From Alphaproteobacteria bacterium UBA2903 (GTDB lineage: Bacteria > Pseudomonadota > Alphaproteobacteria > CAAGCB01 > CAG-977): DNA of 64,000 nt. The DNA is taken from positions 4,980 to 68,979 of the forward strand of contig DEDN01000035.1 in NCBI GenBank assembly GCA_002349565.1, read 5' to 3'. Positions 38,210-45,443 of this stretch are shown here, piece after piece; positions within the stretch are counted from its first letter, which is position 1, and each line of letters starts with the position of its first letter. The position numbers and the translations under genes were made by a program. Below the pieces are notes generated by a model. It saw nothing but the letters and a program-made list of their open reading frames with translations, did no database searches and was not told the origin of the DNA.

Positions 38210-39817
38210 ATGATCAGAGTGTCCAGCGTTCCCCTGCGCGTCAAGCAAGTCCCCGAGGATTTTTTCCAATTCATCGCGGAATTGACGGGGTGGACGAACA
38301 TCAAATCCGTGACCGTCGTCAAAAAATCGGTCGACGCGCGCAAAAAAACGAATTTGCACTTGGAATACTCGTTCGACGTTGAAATCGACGGCGACGAAAA
38401 CGAAGCTCTGCAAACATCGCTGTACCGCAATGTCGCGCCTTTGCTGCCGTATCCCGAATACAAACCGCTGACTTCCAAGCCTTTAAGCCCGCGTCCCATA
38501 GTCGTCGGCACGGGACCCGCGGGGATTATGGCGGCTTTGGCTTTGGCTGAAGCGGGCGCCAATCCTTTGGTCATCGAACGCGGCAAAAACGTTTCCAAAC
38601 GCCGCAAGGATGTCGAACGGCTGTGGAAAATCGGCGAGCTGAACGAAAATTCGAACGTGCAGTTCGGCGAAGGCGGCGCGGGGACTTTTTCGGACGGCAA
38701 GCTGAACACGGGCATTAAAAAAGACGCTTTGACCCGCAAAGTTTTGGCTGAATTTGTCGCGGCGGGCGCGCCCCCCGAAATTATGTACGAAGGCAAACCC
38801 CACATCGGCACGGACAAGCTGGGCTGGGTCGTCGCCAACTTGCGGCGAAAAATTTTAAGTTTGGGCGGGGAATACCGCTTTGAAACGCGGCTGACCGACA
38901 TTATCGTCAAAGACGGCGCAATCAAAGCCGTGCAGGTTGTCAACGCCAACGGCGAAATTGAAGAGATTGCGGCGAACAGCGTTATTCTGGCGATCGGACA
39001 CAGCGCGCGCGACACGTTCGAAATGTTGTACAACCGCGGGGTCAAAATGATTCAAAAGCCCTTTGCGGTCGGCGTTCGAATCGAACATTTGCAGTCGTTC
39101 ATCAACAAAAGCCGCTACGGCATGGTCAAGCCCAAAGCTTTGCTGGGACCCGCTGATTACAAGCTTGCCGTTCACATGGACAACGGGCGCGGTGTGTATT
39201 CGTTCTGCATGTGTCCCGGGGGGACGGTCGTCGCGGCGGCGTCCGAAGCGGGACGCGTCGCTACCAACGGGATGAGCTGTTACGCCCGCGACGGCGTGAA
39301 CGCGAACAGCGCGCTGTTGGTCGATGTCAAACCCGAAGAGGATTTCGAAACGGATCATCCTTTGGCGGGTGTCGAATTTCAGCGCAAAATCGAAGAAAAC
39401 GCTTTCCGCGCGGGCGGCGGGCTGTTCAAAGCCCCCGTTCAAAAAGCCATGGATTTTATCGAAGGTCGCGAAACAACCGAATTCGGCGCGGTTCTGCCGA
39501 CCTATCGCCCCGGCGTTTCTTTTGCGGACATGCGCGCGGTTCTGCCGCCCGTGATTGCCGAAACGCTGCGCTTGGGATTTCGCAAGCTGAACCGCAAAAT
39601 TTACGAATTTTCCAAGCATGACGCGCTGTTGACGGGGGCGGAAACCCGTTCGTCGTCGCCCGTGCGCATTCTGCGCGATTTGAATAGCTGCGAAAGCGTG
39701 AACGTTGCGGGACTGTACCCGTGCGGCGAAGGGGCGGGCTATGCGGGGGGCATTGTGTCCGCCGCCGCCGACGGGCTGCGCTGCGCCGCGCATGCGATTG
39801 TCAAAGAAAATACATAA
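38210..39817 (+). CDS. FAD-dependent protein (COG2509-type NAD(FAD)-utilising dehydrogenase)
   Basis: IVVGTGPAGIMAALALAEAG dinucleotide fold, ...FGEGGAGTFSDGKLNT..., ...YPCGEGAGYAGGI... Confidence 0.85.
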   Translation: MIRVSSVPLRVKQVPEDFFQFIAELTGWTNIKSVTVVKKSVDARKKTNLHLEYSFDVEIDGDENEALQTSLYRNVAPLLPYPEYKPLTSKPLSPRPIVVGTGPAGIMAALALAEAGANPLVIERGKNVSKRRKDVERLWKIGELNENSNVQFGEGGAGTFSDGKLNTGIKKDALTRKVLAEFVAAGAPPEIMYEGKPHIGTDKLGWVVANLRRKILSLGGEYRFETRLTDIIVKDGAIKAVQVVNANGEIEEIAANSVILAIGHSARDTFEMLYNRGVKMIQKPFAVGVRIEHLQSFINKSRYGMVKPKALLGPADYKLAVHMDNGRGVYSFCMCPGGTVVAAASEAGRVATNGMSCYARDGVNANSALLVDVKPEEDFETDHPLAGVEFQRKIEENAFRAGGGLFKAPVQKAMDFIEGRETTEFGAVLPTYRPGVSFADMRAVLPPVIAETLRLGFRKLNRKIYEFSKHDALLTGAETRSSSPVRILRDLNSCESVNVAGLYPCGEGAGYAGGIVSAAADGLRCAAHAIVKENT

Positions 39818-39826
39818 ACAGGCTTT

Positions 39827-39850
39827 CTTTCCCGCGCGGAAAGTTTTATT
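39827..39850 (+). terminator. Probable Rho-independent terminator
   Basis: ctttcc-cgcgc-ggaaag followed by ttttatt. Confidence 0.5.
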
Positions 39851-39883
39851 CTGCCGACACCTTATAATTTTACGGGGGACAAG

Positions 39884-41104
39884 ATGAGAACGTTTAACAA
39901 ATCTTCGCGTTTGGACGGGGTGCGCTACGAAATCCGCGGACCTGTTTTGAAAGCGGCTCAACAACTGGAGGAAGCGGGTTATAAAATCCTCAAGCTCAAC
40001 ATCGGCAACCCCGCTGTGTTCGATTTGAACGCACCCGAGGAAATCGTCAAGGACGTGATTCTGAATCTGCCCTACTCCGACGGCTATTCGGATTCCAAAG
40101 GCATCTTTCCCGCGCGCAAAGCCGTCATGCACTATTGTCAGCAAAAACACATCGAGGGCGTTCAAATCAACGACATCTATCTGGGCAACGGCGTGTCCGA
40201 CTTGATTCTGCTCAGCATGGAGGCGTTTTTGGACAACGGCGACGAAGTACTGGTGCCGATGCCCGACTATCCGCTGTGGACGGCGGCGATTTGCCTGGCG
40301 GGCGGCAAAGCCGTGCACTATGTTTGCGACGAAGAATCCGACTGGTATCCCGACATCGCCGACATGGAACGCAAAATCACCCCGAAAACCAAGGCGATTG
40401 TCGTCATCAACCCGAACAATCCCACGGGCGCGGTTTACCCGAAAGAAGTGCTGGAACAAATCGCCGCTTTGGCGGAAAAGCATCACTTGGTCGTTTTCTG
40501 CGATGAAATTTACGACAAGATTTTGTACGACGGCGTTACCCACACGTCGATTGCGTCGATGATTAAGGACACGTTCTGCCTGACGTTTAACGGCATTTCC
40601 AAAAACTACCGCGCCTGCGGGTTCCGCGCCGCTTGGATGGTGCTGAGCGGAAACAAGAAAATCGCCGAAGACTACATTGACGGATTGGATTTGCTGGCGA
40701 ACATGCGGCTGTGTTCCAACGTGCCGGGGCAATACGCGATTCAGACCGCCTTGGGCGGCTATCAAAGCATCAACGACTTGGTTGCTCCGGGCGGACGGCT
40801 GTACGAACAAAGGACGCTGTGCCACAAGCTGCTGAACGACATTCCGGGGATTTCATGCGTCAAAGCCAAAGGTTCGCTTTACATGTTCCCCAAAATCGAC
40901 ACGCAAAAGTTCAATATCAAGGATGACCAAAAGTTCGTCTTGGATTTATTGATGGAAAAGCGGATTCTGTTAGTCAACGGTCGGGGATTCAATTGGGACA
41001 AGCCGGATCATTTCCGCGTCGTGTTCCTGCCCAGAACCGATGATTTGACAAAGGCTTTGGGCTTGCTCAAAGATTTCTTGGCAACCTATCGACAAGAGGA
41101 TTGA
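39884..41104 (+). CDS. alaA: PLP-dependent aminotransferase, AlaA (YfbQ)-like glutamate-pyruvate aminotransferase
   Basis: KSSRLDGVRYEIRGPVLKAAQQLEEAGYKILKLNIGNPA... and ...VVINPNNPTGAVY... closely parallel my recollection of E. coli AlaA. Confidence 0.88.
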   Translation: MRTFNKSSRLDGVRYEIRGPVLKAAQQLEEAGYKILKLNIGNPAVFDLNAPEEIVKDVILNLPYSDGYSDSKGIFPARKAVMHYCQQKHIEGVQINDIYLGNGVSDLILLSMEAFLDNGDEVLVPMPDYPLWTAAICLAGGKAVHYVCDEESDWYPDIADMERKITPKTKAIVVINPNNPTGAVYPKEVLEQIAALAEKHHLVVFCDEIYDKILYDGVTHTSIASMIKDTFCLTFNGISKNYRACGFRAAWMVLSGNKKIAEDYIDGLDLLANMRLCSNVPGQYAIQTALGGYQSINDLVAPGGRLYEQRTLCHKLLNDIPGISCVKAKGSLYMFPKIDTQKFNIKDDQKFVLDLLMEKRILLVNGRGFNWDKPDHFRVVFLPRTDDLTKALGLLKDFLATYRQED

Positions 41105-41115
41105 AAGGATAAACC

Positions 41116-42147
41116 ATGACCAAAATCGTTTACTTTAACGTCTATGACATCACCCGCCGTTATTACGAGGAAAACCCTCTGAACGCCAAAGACGTCGAAA
41201 TCATGATGACGGAAAAAAGTCCCGCCGATTTGACCGACGAAGAACTGGCGAAAATGTCGGACGCGGAAATCATTTCCGTTTTCGTTCACGCCGTTGACGT
41301 TGGCGCGCAGGTGTTGGAAAAATTCCCGAATTTGAAGCTGATTGCCCTGCGTTCCACGGGCTTTAACAACGTCGATTTAGATTACTGCAAAGAACACGGC
41401 ATTTACGTTTGCAACGTTCCGGGATACGGCGATTCGACGGTTGCGGAATTCGCGTTCGGTCTGTTGTTGGACGTCACCCGCAAAATCAGCCGTTCGTACC
41501 GCGCCGTACAGGAAGCGCACGTCGACACCGACCACTACTTGGGATTCGACTTGCGCGGTCGCACCATCGGCATTGTCGGCACGGGGGCTATCGGTCGCTA
41601 TGCCGCGCGCATTGCCAATGGCTTCCAAATGAACGTTCTGGCGTATGACCCGTATCCGAATCAGGCTTTTGCGCAGGAAATCGGATTCGAATATGTAACG
41701 CTGGACGAAATGTTTGAAAAGGCGGACATTTTCTCTTTGCATTGCCCGCTGACCAAGGAAAACTACCACTTGTTCGACGAAGACGCGTTCGCCAAAATGA
41801 AAAAAGGCGTTGTCATCGTCAACACGGCGCGCGGCGAACTGATTGACACCGAAGCGTTGTTCAAAGCGATTTCCGCAGGCAAAGTCTGGGGCGCGGGACT
41901 GGACGTTTTGGAAAACGAAGGCGCGCTGCTGCACGACGATTTGGCGTTGCATTCCATGCGTGAACAGTCGTCCGATTCGCTGCTGCGTTCGTGGATCAAC
42001 CTGCGCATGCTGCAGCTGAAAAACGTCGTGATGACGCCGCACGTCGCGTTTAATTCGATTGACGCCGTGCATCGCATTTTGAAAACGGCGAACGAAAACA
42101 TCGAAGCGTACTTGCAGGGCAATCCCCGCAATTCCGTGATGAAGTAA
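41116..42147 (+). CDS. D-isomer-specific 2-hydroxyacid dehydrogenase (D-lactate dehydrogenase-like)
   Basis: GIVGTGAIGRYAARIA NAD fold, ...VNTARGELID..., ...TPHVAFNS... Confidence 0.88.
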   Translation: MTKIVYFNVYDITRRYYEENPLNAKDVEIMMTEKSPADLTDEELAKMSDAEIISVFVHAVDVGAQVLEKFPNLKLIALRSTGFNNVDLDYCKEHGIYVCNVPGYGDSTVAEFAFGLLLDVTRKISRSYRAVQEAHVDTDHYLGFDLRGRTIGIVGTGAIGRYAARIANGFQMNVLAYDPYPNQAFAQEIGFEYVTLDEMFEKADIFSLHCPLTKENYHLFDEDAFAKMKKGVVIVNTARGELIDTEALFKAISAGKVWGAGLDVLENEGALLHDDLALHSMREQSSDSLLRSWINLRMLQLKNVVMTPHVAFNSIDAVHRILKTANENIEAYLQGNPRNSVMK

Positions 42148-42154
42148 GTGTATT

Positions 42155-42201
42155 CCCCGCACGGGGGTGCTGCCCGCACGGGGGTGCTGCCCGCACGGGG
42201 G
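42155..42201 (+). repeat. About 2.7 tandem copies of a 17-nt unit (cccgcacgggggtgctg), each forming a CCCG-CA-CGGG mini-hairpin
   Basis: Read directly from the sequence. It starts 8 nt after the dehydrogenase stop codon. Confidence 0.9.
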
Positions 42202-42209
42202 AAACAACA

Positions 42210-42326
42210 GAATCGCAATTGCGAGGAGGGCGATAGCCCGACGCGGCAATCTTGGTGTTGGTTGGCACGGGTGCCAATGCTTGCATGGGACTGCCGCGCC
42301 CCTATTGGGGCTCGCAGTTTCGATTC
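42210..42326. repeat. Structured ~117-nt element, copy 1 (candidate ncRNA or intergenic palindromic repeat)
   Basis: Closing stem 42210-42225 / 42311-42326 (15 of 16 pairs). Internal hairpins: GGGC-GATA-GCCC; CGCGGCA...TGCCGCG enclosing TTGGCAC-GG-GTGCCAA; GCCCC-TATT-GGGGC. Confidence 0.85.
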
Positions 42327-42335
42327 TGTAAAATA

Positions 42336-42452
42336 AACTCGAACTTGCGAGGAGGGCGATAGCCCGACGCGGCAATCTTGGCGCTGGTTGGCACGGGTGC
42401 CAATATTTGCATGGGACTGCCGCGCCCCTGTCGGGGCTCGCAGTTTCGATTC
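42336..42452. repeat. Structured ~117-nt element, copy 2 (about 10 substitutions relative to copy 1), followed by a T-run
   Basis: Same helices as copy 1. Differences lie in the 5' closing-stem half, in linkers and in the last hairpin loop (TATT to TGTC). It is followed by tctctttatttttttt. Confidence 0.85.
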
Positions 42453-42481
42453 TCTTTATTTTTTTTCAATAGGATAGATAC

Positions 42482-42509
42482 AAAAAAAGGGGCAGAACGC
42501 CCCTTTTTT
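42482..42509. terminator. Bidirectional Rho-independent terminator
   Basis: A7, then ggggc-agaac-gcccc, then T6, just downstream of the minus-strand pilin-like gene. Confidence 0.75.
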
Positions 42510-42525
42510 CGAAATCGGCAACCGA

Positions 42526-43122
42526 TTAACGGTAAACCCAAGTAATCGCATTTTTATTATCGTTTTTGCAAGCACCAACAGCGTGCGTTAAACTGACAGG
42601 AAAAGCTCCTGAACCTGTTTTTACGTTTGTCGAAAATGTTAAAGTTCCGCCAATCCCGTCTTTAGATGTGTGTGCCGCTGCGGCTGTTCCGACAACTAAT
42701 CCCAAGAAGCCCGAAGAAGCATCGCCCCAATCGGACATAACCATACGCGTGCAGGCATCATTCGGGATGTTGTCGTACGAAATCGCGAACAAATGGTCGT
42801 TAAAAGTGGTAGACAAAACAATATCGCCGCCATAAGCATTAGAACCTTTAGAGGCTGAACCGCCGATAAAGGTTTCATCCGTCAAAATGCCCATTTTATA
42901 AGCAGTTGGAGCATCTAACCCACCGTACGAACGCTGACCCGCGAACAGCGTGCGGATGTTCGTTACCATGGTTTGGATTTGGTCGGTCGTTTTGGTCACT
43001 TTGTATTTGGACATCGCCTGCGAATAACCCGCGATACCGCCGACCGACAAAACGCCGATAATTGCCAGAACGCCCAGCATTTCGATCATTGAACGACCGG
43101 ATTCGTGTGTTCCTTTCATCAT
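42526..43122 (-). CDS. Type IV pilin-like protein (prepilin-type N-terminal domain)
   Basis: AGGAG RBS. MMKGTHESG|RSMIEMLGVLAIIGVLSVGGIAGY has Gly at -1, Glu at +5 and a hydrophobic helix. C-terminal Cys pair (DACTR...GACK). Confidence 0.78.
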   Translation of the reverse strand: MMKGTHESGRSMIEMLGVLAIIGVLSVGGIAGYSQAMSKYKVTKTTDQIQTMVTNIRTLFAGQRSYGGLDAPTAYKMGILTDETFIGGSASKGSNAYGGDIVLSTTFNDHLFAISYDNIPNDACTRMVMSDWGDASSGFLGLVVGTAAAAHTSKDGIGGTLTFSTNVKTGSGAFPVSLTHAVGACKNDNKNAITWVYR

Positions 43123-43309
43123 GTTCTTTCTCCTTGTATAGAAAAACCTTGTTCTGCTTATATTTTTTCAAAACAAGCACAGGCGGACAAGTCTGGAAAA
43201 CCGCATATTCCTTAGTGTTTTGGGCATATTTCACTATGTCGAAAGTCATATTCGGGTTGCCTTTTCGGGCGGGTTTGATACACTAATTTCGATTGCCAAA
43301 GGATTTTTC

Positions 43310-43975
43310 ATGCTTCGCGACAAAATCGACACCGTTATTTCATGGCTGAAGATTCCCGCCGCCGCCGGCGCGGTGATGCTGTTGCCCGTGCTGTACAAGT
43401 CGTTTCGGCACTGGGCGTCGATTTGGGACAGTCTGAATCACCGCAATTTACTGTATTTCGCGTTCGGCGCGGGCGGCATGTTCGCCTTGCGGTTCGCAAT
43501 GCGTTTGCGAAACGGCGTCGCCGAAACTTTGGAACACGAGTTGACGCATATTTTGTTCGCCTTGCTGACTTTTCATCCCGTCCAAGCGATGCAGATCGCC
43601 GGCGACGGCAACGGCGCGATGAGCTTTCGCGGAAAAGGCAACTGGCTGATCGCGCTTGCGCCGTACTTTTTCCCGCTGGCTTCGGCGGCGATGATCGCTT
43701 TCACCGTTTTGTACGGACGCACGACGGGATTGCTGCCCGACTGGCTGCTGATCGGAATCGGCATTGCGTTCGGCTACGATCTCTGCGCGTTCGCCGAACA
43801 GCTGCACCCGCATCAGACGGATTTCAAAGTGGCGGGATATTGGTTCACGCTTTGCTTTCTGCCCGCCGCGATTTTGCTGTCGTTCGGAACGATCGCCGCG
43901 TTTGCCGAAGGAACGGAAAACGGCGTCAAATTCTTTTACGGCTTGATCGGCTATTATTTCAAGGAAACCTATTAA
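43310..43975 (+). CDS. Polytopic membrane protein with an intramembrane HExxH (M50/site-2-protease-like)
   Basis: 221 aa from the internal ATG with an AAAGGA RBS. ...ETLEHELTHILFALLT... and several TM segments. Confidence 0.6.
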   Translation: MLRDKIDTVISWLKIPAAAGAVMLLPVLYKSFRHWASIWDSLNHRNLLYFAFGAGGMFALRFAMRLRNGVAETLEHELTHILFALLTFHPVQAMQIAGDGNGAMSFRGKGNWLIALAPYFFPLASAAMIAFTVLYGRTTGLLPDWLLIGIGIAFGYDLCAFAEQLHPHQTDFKVAGYWFTLCFLPAAILLSFGTIAAFAEGTENGVKFFYGLIGYYFKETY

Positions 43976-44796
43976 AGGGTCAGGCGCATGCCTTCCTTGG
44001 CGCAAAAAGCGTTCGGATATTCGGATTGGACGGCGCGGTCGATTTTCATCATATCCGCGTCCGTGTGTTCGGGCGAATGATGAAACAGGGCGGTGCGCTT
44101 GACGGACGCCGCCGAAGAAACGGCAAGGGCTTCTTCAACCGTTGAATGTCCCCACCCCGCAAAAGTCGGGTATTCCGATTGTGTGAACATGGCGTCGTAA
44201 ATCATCAGATCCGCCCCGTGCGCCAGCGACAAAACATTGTCGTCGATACGGTCGGCGAAGTGTTCCGTGTCGGAAATGTAGGCGATGACGGTTTCTCCGT
44301 ATTCCAGTCTGAAGCCCGCCGCGCCGTTCGGGTGGTTCAGCGGCAGAGTCTTTACAAGCACCGCGCCGCCGCACAATTTGAACGAATCGCCGCTTTCGAT
44401 GTCATGAAAGCGCAGGGAAGAGGGAATTTTGCTCATCGGCAAGGGGAAAAACGGGGACGACATTTGCGTTTCAAGCGCGTTTTCAATACTGCGCCCGTCG
44501 GACAGCGGACACGCGTAAACGTCCAGTTTGCAATCCGTGCGGTACAGCGGGCGGAAAAACGGAAAGCCGCTGATGTGATCCCAATGGGCATGCGAAATCA
44601 GCAAATCGACGTGCGCGATTTTTTTGCGCACCAGTTCATTGCCGAGCGCCCGAATCCCCGTTCCCGCGTCCAGAATGACGGTTTGACCGTCGAAATTCAA
44701 TTCGACGCAAGCGGTGTTGCCGCCGTAAACGTTGTAATCCGCCGAACAGCAGGGCGTGCTGCCCCGAACGCCGCGGAATCTGACTTCGACACCCAT
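43972..44796 (-). CDS. MBL-fold metallo-hydrolase
   Basis: ...LISHAHWDHISGFPFF... Start set at the ATG with an AAGGG RBS; the GTG at 44814 is an alternative. Confidence 0.85.
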   Translation of the reverse strand: MGVEVRFRGVRGSTPCCSADYNVYGGNTACVELNFDGQTVILDAGTGIRALGNELVRKKIAHVDLLISHAHWDHISGFPFFRPLYRTDCKLDVYACPLSDGRSIENALETQMSSPFFPLPMSKIPSSLRFHDIESGDSFKLCGGAVLVKTLPLNHPNGAAGFRLEYGETVIAYISDTEHFADRIDDNVLSLAHGADLMIYDAMFTQSEYPTFAGWGHSTVEEALAVSSAASVKRTALFHHSPEHTDADMMKIDRAVQSEYPNAFCAKEGMRLTL

Positions 44797-44907
44797 TCCA
44801 GACCCTTTTGTCACAAAACAATCATCCTTTTAGTATAAAATGTTGCGTTAAAAAAGAAAAACGGTATTTTATGAAAAGCACTTTTTTATCCTTTGGGGAG
44901 GTCGCTT

Positions 44908-45381
44908 ATGTCCAAAATCCGATCGTTCGTTTTCCTGCTGGCGGCTTTGGCGGCTGTTCCGTCCGCGAACGCGCAGGAAAAAGCCAAAATGCTGGAAGTC
45001 AAGCCTTTGCCGACGTGCATGGACTTTGCGGACGTGTACGCCCGCGCCGTTTTGGGCGAAGCCGAAGCCACAGCATCCGAACAGCGCGAAATGGTTTCTT
45101 TGGCGGCGACGATGATGGGCTATGTGTCCGCTTTGCAGGACATTTACGGCAATTATCTGGTGGGGATGAGTGCGGACGACAACGAATGGACTTTGCTGGA
45201 ACATGCCTACCGTTTCTGCAAACGCAATCCGCAGCTGACTTTTCAGCGCGCCGTGCGGTCGATTCCCCCCGTTCTGCAGACGGTCGAAGTCTTGCAGGAT
45301 CAGGAATTCGCCCGCTGCACCAACTATATCGAACAAGCCAAACCCACAATTTGCGCGCCGTACTGCCAGCCGAAAAAATAG
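44908..45381 (+). CDS. Secreted hypothetical protein
   Basis: GGGGAGG RBS. Signal peptide MSKIRSFVFLLAALAAVPSANA. 157 aa with 6 Cys. Confidence 0.55.
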   Translation: MSKIRSFVFLLAALAAVPSANAQEKAKMLEVKPLPTCMDFADVYARAVLGEAEATASEQREMVSLAATMMGYVSALQDIYGNYLVGMSADDNEWTLLEHAYRFCKRNPQLTFQRAVRSIPPVLQTVEVLQDQEFARCTNYIEQAKPTICAPYCQPKK

Positions 45382-45443
45382 GGCTTTAAATCGGACCGAA
45401 ACGCTCCTATATTCTGCCCGTAAGGTTTAGGAAAGGGCGGAAA

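Noticed and set aside
38855-40825. 656-aa minus-strand ORF. Similar cases are 31399..32883, 55434..57335 and 57604..59058.
   Set aside because: Each lies antisense to well-supported genes (the FAD protein and alaA, rnj, rarA, and the pseudouridine synthase and AsmA-like gene). None has motifs of its own.
42155-42452. Possible CRISPR array, or small ORFs (for example 42148..42336, 62 aa) across the repeats
   Set aside because: The 17-nt repeats have no spacers. The 117-nt units are near-identical rather than repeat-spacer structured. The ORFs cross repeat boundaries and lack an RBS. There are no cas genes in the window.
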